Of a stretch of DNA of 48,375 nt, positions 33,357-42,372 are shown piece by piece. The stretch is from positions 1 to 48,375 of the IMG/VR virus record IMGVR_UViG_3300044769_000069, one strand, 5' to 3'. The DNA comes from a virus (Duplodnaviria; Caudoviricetes). The position numbers and the translations under genes were made by a program. Each line of letters starts with the position of its first letter. Position 1 is the first letter of the stretch. The notes below the pieces were generated by a model. The model was not told where the DNA came from, did not search any database, and was given only the letters and a program-made list of their open reading frames with translations.

Positions 33357-34756
33357 ACAGCGAACTAATCACGTTCACCCATCAAGTGGCAATGTCGCTG
33401 CACAGGATGGGGTTGGCCGGCGCTGCCGTGAACAGGAAGACCTACGTGGACCTGGGCACGCAATGGACGCAAGAGGCCGCACAGCTTCACGACAAGCTCA
33501 TGAAGATGGCGCTCCGGGCTGGCATGACGCAGTTCTCGGCCACCATGGATGAACATGTCCGAGAGATGATCTACGACCGAATGCATTACCCGGTGCTTGT
33601 CAAGACGCGCAAAGACAAGCTGCCGGCGATAGACAAGCCGACGCTGAAGCGGCTCATTGCGGAGCACGAGCCTTCACAGTTCATCGATGACTTCATTGCG
33701 TTCAACGCAGCGGACAAACTGCTAAGCACGTGGATCGGCAAAGAGGATCGCAAGAAGAACGCGCGGAAAAGTGTCGGGGAGTTGATCGAGGCCATACCGG
33801 GCAGTAGCAGCCTTGGGCTGTTACACTTTTGGGCAATACCGTTGAAAGCACGCACCGGCCGGCGTGCAAGTGGTGGAACCGAAGAGGATGACCCCGAGGG
33901 ACGCAACGCGCAAAACTGGCCGTCCAAGGCTCGCAAGATGATTATCTCTCGCTGGCGCGGTGGGAAGATTGCCGTTGGCGACTTCTCGAAGCTTGAGATG
34001 GTTATCATGGGGTGGCTTGCTCCCGACGAGAAGCTTCTCGACTACTTCCTGAACGGAGCCGGCTACATCGGCATCGCCAAGGAGTTTTGGGGGCAGGATG
34101 TTGAAGACGGATCGAGCATGTACAAAGCAACGAAGTGTATCGTGCTTGGCCTCAACTACAACATGAAGGCTTGGCATCTGGCAAACGATCTGTGGTTTAA
34201 GATCGGGTTCAAGTTCTCGGAGGATTGGGATGAGCATTTCAAACAAACGATCAAAGCGAGGAAGCGCTACCTTAGAATGTTTCCCGGATTGGCAAACTAC
34301 ATACGTGCTACACTATGGGACGTTCGAGAGAATCAACGGATCGTCTCTCCGAGCGGAAGGGTACGTCACCTGCCCCACCACGGGCCAGATAGTGAAGGTT
34401 ACTGGCACGTTGAGAATAGCGCCGTCAACTATCGAATCCAGTCCACAGCCAGCGAGATCACTGGCTCCGCGCTGGTGGACTACGAAGAAGCGCTCCTCAA
34501 AGAACACCGGCTATCGTACACAGATTGGCACAGTGCATTGATCGAGAAGCCATGGAGCCCGCCGTGTTCGCCCGTGTTCAACGAAGTGCATGACGAACTC
34601 GATATTGACTTGCATCCGAAGAGCGGGAAGCGTGATCTCGAAATCCTCGTAGACTGTATGCAGAATGTGAGATCGTTTCGAAAGCTTGTGCCAGACTTCG
34701 ACATTAAGCTGAAAGTGGATGTGCAAATTGTGCCAACATGGGGGGATGCAAAATGA
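33353..34756 (+). CDS. polA: Family A DNA polymerase, polymerase domain only
   Basis: TGRRAS, NAQNWP, motif A DFSKLE, motif B KCIVLGLNY, AVNYRIQSTA, motif C VHDEL; start at MNSEL. Confidence 0.93.
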   Translation: MNSELITFTHQVAMSLHRMGLAGAAVNRKTYVDLGTQWTQEAAQLHDKLMKMALRAGMTQFSATMDEHVREMIYDRMHYPVLVKTRKDKLPAIDKPTLKRLIAEHEPSQFIDDFIAFNAADKLLSTWIGKEDRKKNARKSVGELIEAIPGSSSLGLLHFWAIPLKARTGRRASGGTEEDDPEGRNAQNWPSKARKMIISRWRGGKIAVGDFSKLEMVIMGWLAPDEKLLDYFLNGAGYIGIAKEFWGQDVEDGSSMYKATKCIVLGLNYNMKAWHLANDLWFKIGFKFSEDWDEHFKQTIKARKRYLRMFPGLANYIRATLWDVRENQRIVSPSGRVRHLPHHGPDSEGYWHVENSAVNYRIQSTASEITGSALVDYEEALLKEHRLSYTDWHSALIEKPWSPPCSPVFNEVHDELDIDLHPKSGKRDLEILVDCMQNVRSFRKLVPDFDIKLKVDVQIVPTWGDAK

Positions 34757-34938
34757 GGAAAATAGAAGAGGACGAACCGCTAAGCACCGAGCTTGCAGAA
34801 AAGGAGGACCCGCTATTGGATGCGTACCGCGATGCGATCAAAGACGCACGCTACGTGTTCAACCAATACAAAGACAAGCATCCGGATGAAGCGTGGGATT
34901 GTATTCGGAAGATTATCTACGGTATCAAACTCAAATAG
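34753..34938 (+). CDS. Hypothetical protein
   Basis: ATGA overlap with polymerase stop. Confidence 0.6.
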   Translation: MRKIEEDEPLSTELAEKEDPLLDAYRDAIKDARYVFNQYKDKHPDEAWDCIRKIIYGIKLK

Positions 34939-34947
34939 GAGGGACGC

Positions 34948-35409
34948 ATGGCGTTCAAGAAATCAGGCGGCAGTCCAGAGTATTCGATCAGCACGAGCAT
35001 CTTCATTCGCAAGGGTAAGTATGTCAAAGGCCCAAGCTTCGGCTTGTGGAAGACTGACAACGGCCCGATGATGCGCGGCTCTGTCAAAGAGGGCTACCTT
35101 GAAGAGCTAGTTTCGTTCCTGCGCAAGGCCGCGGACAAAGACATGAGCGTGTCGTTCTCGCTGTTCAAGAATGACTTCGACAGGAAGCGTAGCCGCGACG
35201 ATGATGACGACGAGGAAGAGTGGGGCTCGAAGCGCAAGAGCAAGCGCAAAGAGGAGCCCGAGGAAGAAGAGGAAGAGGAAGAAGAGGAAGAAGAAGAGGA
35301 AGAGAAGCCGGCTCCCAAAAAGAAAGCCAAAAAGAAACCCGTTGAGGAAGAGGAAGAGGAGAAGCCTGCGAAGAAAGGCAAAAAGAAATCCGAATGGGAT
35401 TTCGACTAG
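34948..35409 (+). CDS. Putative ssDNA-binding protein with very acidic tail
   Basis: Beta-rich N-terminus, poly-Glu tract, ends EWDFD; located in replication module. Confidence 0.5.
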   Translation: MAFKKSGGSPEYSISTSIFIRKGKYVKGPSFGLWKTDNGPMMRGSVKEGYLEELVSFLRKAADKDMSVSFSLFKNDFDRKRSRDDDDDEEEWGSKRKSKRKEEPEEEEEEEEEEEEEEEKPAPKKKAKKKPVEEEEEEKPAKKGKKKSEWDFD

Positions 35410-35412
35410 ACC

Positions 35413-35640
35413 GTGGGAGCAAAGACTCGTAAGGGGTTGCCGGAGGCTACGCTCAACGTAGCCATCCGGCGCTCCGTAGCCGATGATGTTGTTGTGGTGT
35501 TGCGCAAGTTCGTGGAGTTGCGCATGGACGCACTGAAGCCGGGGCAAACAGACACGGCGACTCGTATCCTCGGTATCAATCTGTTTCGCCATGAACTTGA
35601 AGACGCGCTGAAGCGCGAGAAGGGACGCGATCCGAAATGA
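35413..35640 (+). CDS. Hypothetical protein
   Basis: 75 aa, fills operon. Confidence 0.5.
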   Translation: MGAKTRKGLPEATLNVAIRRSVADDVVVVLRKFVELRMDALKPGQTDTATRILGINLFRHELEDALKREKGRDPK

Positions 35641-35646
35641 GGAAAC

Positions 35647-36354
35647 GTGGAAATTAAACGCTCGCAGAAGATGGAGCGCATGGTTCTTGACAAGATCAAG
35701 GCCCATCTGTCCCGCGCTCCTCGGAGCCTGGACAAGTGGCATGTCTCGGACTTGCTCTATCCTCGCAAATCGTACTGGCAACGCAAAGACCCGCAACCAA
35801 TGACTGACACGCAAGCGCTCTACTTCACTGCCGGTAGAGCCCACCACGGCATTCTTGAAGCGGCTCTCGGTAAGTGGGAGAAGCCGAAGGGAGATCGTGT
35901 AGACGCGGGTGAATTCGAAAAGCTTGGCATCTACTATTCCCCCGACTTGCGCATGCCGTACCCGTGGGAAATCAAAACGTCCCGGTCGGAGTATGAGCCC
36001 AAGAATCTGGCGAAAGGCTTCGAGGGGTATCTCAAGCAGCTGCACAAGTACCAAGCTTGCATGGAGAACAACCACGGCGGCTTGCTCGTGCTCTTCCTGG
36101 GGCTCAAGCAGGGGTGGCGCAAGGTGCCCGAGATTCGATTCTACACGGTGAAGATGACCGACAAAGAGCGCAAAGCCGAAGTGGAAAACATCAAGAGCAT
36201 CGTGAAGCAGTTGAACACTGCCGTGAAGACTAACAAGCATGACAAGCTGGAGCTATGCCCTGCATGGATGTGCAAGGATTGCCCTTGGGCAGAGAAGTGT
36301 AAGCCATGGCTTCAAGACCCGAAACGTGCTCCAATGGAGGTTGAAGACGAATGA
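35647..36354 (+). CDS. Cas4-like PD-(D/E)XK exonuclease
   Basis: GRAHH, SPD..EIKT, QLHKY, C-terminal CKDCPWAEKC. Confidence 0.85.
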   Translation: MEIKRSQKMERMVLDKIKAHLSRAPRSLDKWHVSDLLYPRKSYWQRKDPQPMTDTQALYFTAGRAHHGILEAALGKWEKPKGDRVDAGEFEKLGIYYSPDLRMPYPWEIKTSRSEYEPKNLAKGFEGYLKQLHKYQACMENNHGGLLVLFLGLKQGWRKVPEIRFYTVKMTDKERKAEVENIKSIVKQLNTAVKTNKHDKLELCPAWMCKDCPWAEKCKPWLQDPKRAPMEVEDE

Positions 36355-36590
36355 ACATCAAAGCCATACCGCCGTATTACGGCAAGCCAACAGCGGACGG
36401 CATAGTGATCGAGTTGAACAGCATGGAAGCCGGCTTTCTTAGAGCGGCCCTGTACCATTACGCGGACGGAAGCAAGAACAGCGGGTTTGCATCGCAGCTG
36501 TGGACGGCCCTTGACAAGTACCACTTCCTTGATTATGATAAGAAGTACAGTGACAGCTGGAGAAAGCTTGACGAAGAGGAGGACGACTGA
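36351..36590 (+). CDS. Hypothetical protein
   Basis: 79 aa, coupled start and stop. Confidence 0.6.
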   Translation: MNIKAIPPYYGKPTADGIVIELNSMEAGFLRAALYHYADGSKNSGFASQLWTALDKYHFLDYDKKYSDSWRKLDEEEDD

Positions 36591-36886
36591 TGAAACGGTT
36601 CAAAGTTGAAGTGAAACGTGTGGACATTAACAAAGGCCTGTGCAACAACCCACGACAGTGTGTCGTGGCCCTTGCGATGAACCGGCGCTTTGGCAAGGTG
36701 AAGGGCTACCAAGGCGTTGAAGTGAGCGAGTGCAACGCGGAGCTAGACATCGGTGGCTACAAGGAATACGTGGACCTTCCCCGGAAAGTGACCAACTTCA
36801 TCTACCGCTTCGATGACACGGGCAACCAGATCGGAGCACGTTCGAAGATGAAGCCCTTCAGCTTCACGGTAGCGGTGGACATGTAA
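36590..36886 (+). CDS. Hypothetical protein
   Basis: 98 aa, CVVALA motif, coupled. Confidence 0.65.
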   Translation: MKRFKVEVKRVDINKGLCNNPRQCVVALAMNRRFGKVKGYQGVEVSECNAELDIGGYKEYVDLPRKVTNFIYRFDDTGNQIGARSKMKPFSFTVAVDM

Positions 36887-38037
36887 TGGAAATCAAACTG
36901 GCAGCTGACCTGGAGAAGGCTCTCTTGCGTAGCATCGCTGAAGGTGTCTGCCGGCCAGATGTTGTTTCGCCGGGGGAGTTATCCCCCATGGCGAAGCAAA
37001 CACACGAAAGCATTTGCCACTTGCTGAAGAAGAAAGTAAAGACGCCTCTTCCCCCTGCCTCTATCTTCCTTACCGCACAGCAGTTGTTTGGTGCGGACCC
37101 GGACGACTTCAAGAGCTACCTGAAGTCGTTCAAGGATTTGGAGACAGGCGGGGAAGTGGCGGACATACTGAAAGCGGCACGTGAGAAGCAGATGCTTGTA
37201 CGGCTGATCAACCTAGCCGGCGAGCAGCTATCGAAAGGGCAACTAGATGTCTCTCAAATCAAAGCGCTGGTGGAGAGCAAAGAGCAAGTCGTTGCTCCGC
37301 TCACGTCCCTTAGTGGAGCAGTCGAAGACGGATTTCCGGTGCCTCCAGTTGGGATCGGAATCAAATCGTTGCCTGTCCTCACGGAAGCGACTAACGGACT
37401 TATCGGGGTGTGGATTGTCGGTGGAGAGCCAGGACTTGGAAAATCGACTCTGGCATTTCAGCTTGGACTTGATGCGGCAGCAACGAATCCCGTTATTTAT
37501 TACGACCTGGACGGAACCGGACTTGTCTGGCTCCTCGACCGTGTGCGGAAGATCGCCCGCGGCAACGTCGATCTCTACCATAAACTCACGAAGCACTTCT
37601 ACCTTCGGGAGCATATCACGACGCTGGAAGAGGACATTGCGTTCGCTCGTGAACGCTACGGCGACCGTGAGATCGTGGTGGCGGTAGACTCGCTCCAGAC
37701 GTTGCCCACGTCTGTGAAGTATCGGAAAGAAGGGCTCGACGGCTGGCTTAGCCGCTTCAAGAATCTCACCAAAGAGGGTGTGATGGTGCTCGCCGTCAGC
37801 GAGCAGAACAGAGCCCACTACGGTGAGGCTACGATGGGCGGCTTCAAGGGCAGCGGTGACATTGAGTATGCGGGCTCGCTGTGCATTCAGTTATTGCAGC
37901 CTGACGACAGCGACGAGGAAGACCCTGTGGAAGTGCATATCGTGAAGAACAGACATGGCCCGAAGAAGGGGCACGTTATCAACCTTGTGCGCGACAAGGA
38001 TCGCGCGTTTTGGCTCAACGAAGAAAGGCCAGCATGA
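36886..38037 (+). CDS. dnaB: DnaB-like replicative helicase
   Basis: Walker A GGEPGLGKS, VAVDSLQ, VSEQNR, KGSGDIEY, KNRHG. Confidence 0.9.
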   Translation: MEIKLAADLEKALLRSIAEGVCRPDVVSPGELSPMAKQTHESICHLLKKKVKTPLPPASIFLTAQQLFGADPDDFKSYLKSFKDLETGGEVADILKAAREKQMLVRLINLAGEQLSKGQLDVSQIKALVESKEQVVAPLTSLSGAVEDGFPVPPVGIGIKSLPVLTEATNGLIGVWIVGGEPGLGKSTLAFQLGLDAAATNPVIYYDLDGTGLVWLLDRVRKIARGNVDLYHKLTKHFYLREHITTLEEDIAFARERYGDREIVVAVDSLQTLPTSVKYRKEGLDGWLSRFKNLTKEGVMVLAVSEQNRAHYGEATMGGFKGSGDIEYAGSLCIQLLQPDDSDEEDPVEVHIVKNRHGPKKGHVINLVRDKDRAFWLNEERPA

Positions 38038-38414
38038 AGAAAGAGATGGACCTGAAGACGTGGGTGGTGTGGAGCCTGCGCAAGGCGTCATACCGCTGGC
38101 CCCCACGTAACGCAGCGCTGCGAGCGTCAGCCTGCACTAAGGAGCAGTATGCGAAAGCACCGGGAGAGAAAGTCTCCAAGCTGGTTCGAAATTTTTACCG
38201 ATGCAAAGGGTGCGCCTTGGTCTTCAGCAGGAAAGGCGTTAGTATCGACCATATCAAGCCGGTGGTCGATCCAAGGAAAGGCTTCCAAGGCTTCGATGCC
38301 TACATCGAACGGATGTTTGTCCAGGTGGGAGGGTTTCAAATTCTTTGCAATGGATGTCACGACAAGAAAACGAAGAAAGAGAACCGTTCACGCAAAGTGA
38401 ACAAAGGAAAATGA
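38034..38414 (+). CDS. HNH endonuclease
   Basis: CKGC..IDHIKP..QILCNGCHDKKT. Confidence 0.88.
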   Translation: MKKEMDLKTWVVWSLRKASYRWPPRNAALRASACTKEQYAKAPGEKVSKLVRNFYRCKGCALVFSRKGVSIDHIKPVVDPRKGFQGFDAYIERMFVQVGGFQILCNGCHDKKTKKENRSRKVNKGK

Positions 38415-39115
38415 TGAACAAGATACTCTTTTGGGACATTGAATCAGCAGGGGTGAACGCACTGAAGTCCGATCTCGGCTTCTGCCTCATGGTGGGCTAC
38501 AAGTGGGCTGGAGACAAGGAAGCGTCTATCGTCACGATCAAGAAGAAAGACTTGAAGACGTTCAACGATGGCCCGTTGCTCACCGAGTTCTCGCGTATCT
38601 ACAACGAAGCCGATCTCACTGTGGCCCACTTCGGCAGCGTGTTTGATCGCCGCTTCATTCAAGGCCGGCTGATGATCAACAAGCTTCCGCCTATCCCGTT
38701 CACCAAGATGCGCGACACTTGCATGATCGCGCGAAGTGTGGCAAACTACTCTTCGAATCGGCTGAACACCTTGGGCAACACGTTGAGCCTGGAGAATAAG
38801 AAGATCGAGAAGGGCTCCGGTTGGCCGGGATGGTGGTTTAGGGCGATGCAAGGTGACATGAGCGCAATCGAGGAAATGGCTGTCTACTGCAAAGGCGACG
38901 TGCTCGCTCTCGAAGAGCTTTACTATCGCCTGCTACCGTTCGACAACGCCCATCCTCGGATGCATCACGTGGCTAGTCGTCAGAGTTGCGCGAAGTGTGG
39001 TGGCACTGTGCAGTACCATGGTGTGGCCTTCACGAAGACGGCGAAGTATCATCGCTTCCAGTGTAACGAATGTGGCTCTTGGGGTAGGGATACCAAATCA
39101 ATCAAGGAGGGGTAA
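38411..39115 (+). CDS. DnaQ/RNase H-like (RNase_H_2) exonuclease with C-terminal Zn ribbon
   Basis: LFWDIES, AHFGSVFD, YCKGDV, CAKCG..CNECG. Confidence 0.88.
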   Translation: MMNKILFWDIESAGVNALKSDLGFCLMVGYKWAGDKEASIVTIKKKDLKTFNDGPLLTEFSRIYNEADLTVAHFGSVFDRRFIQGRLMINKLPPIPFTKMRDTCMIARSVANYSSNRLNTLGNTLSLENKKIEKGSGWPGWWFRAMQGDMSAIEEMAVYCKGDVLALEELYYRLLPFDNAHPRMHHVASRQSCAKCGGTVQYHGVAFTKTAKYHRFQCNECGSWGRDTKSIKEG

Positions 39116-39235
39116 ATGGCACAGCGGAACGACGAGAAGGATCGGAAGTGTGAACATTGTTCTTGCACGTTGCGCATGACGGCAGCGCAGATCAAGGCGC
39201 ATGCGAAGGCGTGCGAGGAGCACAAGAAAAAGTGA
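39116..39235 (+). CDS. Small Zn-finger-like protein (39 aa), not in ORF track
   Basis: CEHC..H..C; GGAGG RBS. Confidence 0.5.
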   Translation: MAQRNDEKDRKCEHCSCTLRMTAAQIKAHAKACEEHKKK

Positions 39236-39582
39236 AGATCATCATAGCCGGATCAAGAGGCTTGAGCCCTCGCATAGATCAAATCCACAGCGAGTTGTTC
39301 CAAGCTGGATGGTGCGCTGACGAGATCGTAAGCGGCGGGGCTCGTGGTGTGGACAAAGCGGGAGAGCGCTTCGCAGACACAGAGCGTGTGCCTGTGAGAC
39401 GCTTCCCCGCCAACTGGACCAAGTATGGCAAGAAGGCCGGCCCGCTTCGCAACGCGAAGATGGCTAAGTATGCGGACGCTCTCATGGCCTTTTGGGATGG
39501 AGAATCACCCGGCACGCGCAACATGATCTCGTTGATGGAAGAGTTGGGCAAGCCGTGTCACGTGGTTAGGGGGAAACGATGA
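39232..39582 (+). CDS. SLOG-family (DUF2493/YspA-like) protein
   Basis: IIIAGSR, VSGGARGVD, AGPLRNAKM, AFWDGESPGT. Confidence 0.9.
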   Translation: MKIIIAGSRGLSPRIDQIHSELFQAGWCADEIVSGGARGVDKAGERFADTERVPVRRFPANWTKYGKKAGPLRNAKMAKYADALMAFWDGESPGTRNMISLMEELGKPCHVVRGKR

Positions 39583-39716
39583 ACTGGTTCGTGCTTGTGG
39601 CTGGCGGGCTGTACCTTGGTGGTATGGCCCGCGAGCTATCCAACGGCAACTACAACATGGCCGGCGTCTACTTCGCCTACGCCATGGCAAACTTCTTTCT
39701 TGTGAGGGCTGGATGA
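39579..39716 (+). CDS. Small membrane protein (45 aa), not in ORF track
   Basis: MNWFVLVAGGLYLGG..YFAYAMANF; coupled at both ends. Confidence 0.6.
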   Translation: MNWFVLVAGGLYLGGMARELSNGNYNMAGVYFAYAMANFFLVRAG

Positions 39717-40006
39717 AGATTACGAAACATCATATCGGCAAGGAAGTGAGGATCACGTGGCTCGACCCTTGCTCCGAGAGACGGAGCCTGGAGCACGCCC
39801 CTATCGGCACCAAGGCTCTTGCCAAGTGGATCGAGCGCGGGGTTATTGACGATGTTACTGAAGGTGTGGTACGGTTCGTTCAGAGCTATGCTTTCAGCCC
39901 CGGCGCTACGGAGCCCGACGAGGGCATCATTGGGTGGGTGCCGGAAGAGTTGATCGTGAGTTGTGAGATTCTAACGGTGAGCGGAGAGAAACAAACGGAG
40001 GGGTAA
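39713..40006 (+). CDS. Hypothetical protein
   Basis: 97 aa, VRITWLD motif. Confidence 0.65.
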   Translation: MKITKHHIGKEVRITWLDPCSERRSLEHAPIGTKALAKWIERGVIDDVTEGVVRFVQSYAFSPGATEPDEGIIGWVPEELIVSCEILTVSGEKQTEG

Positions 40007-40303
40007 ATGCCATTCATCGAACAGTGGAGAAGAGACGTGCTAACCAGATATAACAATGACCTATCTGCGTTGGGGGAAGTACACCCAGGCGACCGCTGTT
40101 ATGTGTTCTACAAGAAGATGGTGGAGCAGTGGAAGGCGAGCCCCCGGTGGACCACGGCGCACATGATAGCGCGGGAAATGTTCGAGGGTGAGATACGTGA
40201 CCACGAAGCTGACACTGCGTTGTTCCTGGCGTGGAGTGTTTTCTTCAATCTGCATGTGATGCCTTATGAGTTGAAGAAGCGTGAAGAGAATGGTGACGTA
40301 TGA
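40007..40303 (+). CDS. Conserved-looking phage protein
   Basis: MPFI..R..PGD..Y...PYELKKREENGDV. Confidence 0.7.
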   Translation: MPFIEQWRRDVLTRYNNDLSALGEVHPGDRCYVFYKKMVEQWKASPRWTTAHMIAREMFEGEIRDHEADTALFLAWSVFFNLHVMPYELKKREENGDV

Positions 40304-40446
40304 CAGTGTTCGAGCGGCTTGTCCTACGTGTGCTCTACTTCCTAGTGGCTAACACGATCTCGAACAGGCTGAACGGTGTGCGGCGTGATCTGATGGACGA
40401 ACTAAAAACTGTCCTGGGCTACAAGCCAGACAACGGAGGGATATGA
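40300..40446 (+). CDS. Hypothetical protein (48 aa), not in ORF track
   Basis: ATGA overlaps at both ends. Confidence 0.5.
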   Translation: MTVFERLVLRVLYFLVANTISNRLNGVRRDLMDELKTVLGYKPDNGGI

Positions 40447-40706
40447 GAATCAATGTCTATAGCCAAGAACTAACCGACGAAGTGCTGTTGATTGAGAAGA
40501 AAAGTAACACGGAGGTGGTTTACCATGCCGCGCAGCTTGTGCTCCATTCCTCGCCCAGGCTGCACCACCCTCCGCTAGACGATGACCGCAGCGCTATTAC
40601 ATTTTGGTTGCCTAAATCACTAGAACGTAGAGAGTTAATGGCTGAAGCGTTTGAGCGCATTGCAACTATATTCCGCACCGCACCGCCAGAGAGTGGCTTG
40701 GATTAA
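40443..40706 (+). CDS. Hypothetical protein
   Basis: MRINVYSQELT..DDDRSAITFW. Confidence 0.7.
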   Translation: MRINVYSQELTDEVLLIEKKSNTEVVYHAAQLVLHSSPRLHHPPLDDDRSAITFWLPKSLERRELMAEAFERIATIFRTAPPESGLD

Positions 40707-40724
40707 CCATAACAGGAGGGGTAA

Positions 40725-41126
40725 TTGAGAATCTATATCGCAGGAAGTTTTGAAGATCAAAAGAGTCTTCGCCCGGAAGCCAACCGCGTGTGGGCCTTGG
40801 GCCATGAGATCACGGGCACGTGGCTCCAAGAAGTGAAGCGCCCCGCGGGGATGCCGGAAGACATGTTCAAGCGCAAGCTTGCCATGAAAGACCTTTGCGA
40901 AGTGGCCCGCGCTGACTTAATCATCCTCGACAACCGGAGGAGCACCGGGGGGAAGAATGCCGAGTGGGGCTTCGCCCTGGGGGAGTTTCAGCACAAGCAA
41001 GCGTGGTTGATAGGAGAGCCAACGAATGTCTTCCAAGAACTCGCTGACCAACGATTCGCAGATTGGGATGCTTGCATCTACTATCTTGCAGAACTTTCAA
41101 AAGGAGAGAGCGATGTTGTGGTCTGA
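40725..41126 (+). CDS. Nucleoside 2-deoxyribosyltransferase / nucleotide N-hydrolase-like protein
   Basis: IYIAG, KDLCEVARAD, GGKNAEWGFA. Confidence 0.78.
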   Translation: MRIYIAGSFEDQKSLRPEANRVWALGHEITGTWLQEVKRPAGMPEDMFKRKLAMKDLCEVARADLIILDNRRSTGGKNAEWGFALGEFQHKQAWLIGEPTNVFQELADQRFADWDACIYYLAELSKGESDVVV

Positions 41127-41445
41127 ACTGTTAGCCGCACTGGACGCAGCGAGATCGCAGATTCGAGGAGCACGTAAGCTGAAGGAGATCGTGCCTTCGG
41201 AAGACCCGATCCTCGAAGAGCTTTTCAACGCGCTCACGGGAGAGCTTACTCCTCCCGCGGTGATCGACCCCGCTGTCATTGAGGCCGTTGAGCCTAAAGT
41301 GCCCCAAGCCTCAACGCCTATCGTCGTTGAGGCCGTGGAGCGCGGAGCCGGCGAGGGACGCATGCTTGTCTTTGCACGTGACACCCCGCATATTGTTCGC
41401 AAGCCGGTGCTCGAAGAAGTGTTCGATGAAAAGGATTTGGGATGA
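41113..41445 (+). CDS. Hypothetical protein
   Basis: Start MLWSELL with AAGGAG RBS. Confidence 0.6.
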   Translation: MLWSELLAALDAARSQIRGARKLKEIVPSEDPILEELFNALTGELTPPAVIDPAVIEAVEPKVPQASTPIVVEAVERGAGEGRMLVFARDTPHIVRKPVLEEVFDEKDLG

Positions 41446-41657
41446 AGGCCCTACTCATCCATAAGAACGGAGCGTTGCTCATTCTCGAAGACGCAGGCCG
41501 TCACCAAAGGTACACGGGCAGGGTGATTAGGCTTCCGATACAATACCCGCTTGACTACAGCCGCATGGAAGAGCGCGAGATAGCCGAAATGCCATGCCGG
41601 GAGTTTTTGTACCGGATAAACATTTACCCGTTTCGGGTGTACGAGGAGATCAGCTGA
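41442..41657 (+). CDS. Hypothetical protein
   Basis: 71 aa, coupled. Confidence 0.55.
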   Translation: MKALLIHKNGALLILEDAGRHQRYTGRVIRLPIQYPLDYSRMEEREIAEMPCREFLYRINIYPFRVYEEIS

Positions 41658-41866
41658 TGCGTTACCAATTCACACAATACGGTTTTGAATGGGGAGCCAT
41701 GGACGTGGAACGCATGTGCTCCGACGAGAAGAAGGGGTGGGTGTTCCTGGCGGTGAAGTCGCCGCGTCAGCACATCGAAATCTACTGCACCAAGACAGGC
41801 AAGCTGCGCGTCTACAGGAAGAAGAAGAAAGGGACGATCCTCTCTTCACCCAAGGAGTTGAAGTGA
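41657..41866 (+). CDS. Hypothetical protein
   Basis: MRYQFTQYGFEWG..IYCTKTGKLRVY; GAGGAG RBS. Confidence 0.65.
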   Translation: MRYQFTQYGFEWGAMDVERMCSDEKKGWVFLAVKSPRQHIEIYCTKTGKLRVYRKKKKGTILSSPKELK

Positions 41867-42372
41867 TGCCTAGCAATGAAGACTACAACACCTTCTACGA
41901 TAAGTATTGGAACGAACTGTTGTATGACAAACACATGAGAGGGGGAGCAATCGTGGGTGATTTCCAAGTGAAGGATTCGGGGAAGCGAGAGCAGTTTGAA
42001 AGCGGGATGGTGCGCGACACCACCGAGGGCAAGACGGATTACACGCTCGTGCTTGACGGCCCTATGTTCAAGCGATGGGCTGTCCATCTCACCAAGGGGG
42101 CTGTGAAGTATAAGAAACGGAATTGGATGCAGGCCAACGGTGAGGCCGAGTATGATCGCTTCCGTGAATCAGCCCTACGCCACTTCCTACAGTGGATCGA
42201 GGGTGACAGGGATGAAGACCATGCGGCAGCTGTGATGTTCAACATCAACGGAGCGGAGTATGTCTCGCAACGCATGACCGAGGAGATAAATGCGCGAGCA
42301 GCGCTCTACGACAGCAAGCTGAACGCAAGCCTCGACAAACTCTACAGTGAGTACAAAAAGGAGACGATATGA
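41866..42372 (+). CDS. dATP/dGTP diphosphohydrolase-like (DUF5664) protein
   Basis: FESGMVRDTTEGK, KGAVKY..RNW, SALRH, EDHAAAVMFN; start 41866 or GTG 41953. Confidence 0.82.
   Translation: MPSNEDYNTFYDKYWNELLYDKHMRGGAIVGDFQVKDSGKREQFESGMVRDTTEGKTDYTLVLDGPMFKRWAVHLTKGAVKYKKRNWMQANGEAEYDRFRESALRHFLQWIEGDRDEDHAAAVMFNINGAEYVSQRMTEEINARAALYDSKLNASLDKLYSEYKKETI

Noticed and set aside
35107-36240. 377-aa minus-strand ORF and other long antisense ORFs such as 14353..15189 and 13218..13964
   Set aside because: Antisense shadows of well-supported genes, with no recognisable motifs
41866-42372. 2-aminoadenine (Z) genome system
   Set aside because: No PurZ-like gene recognised, and the HD protein is Mesh1-like rather than DatZ-like; DUF5664 alone is insufficient
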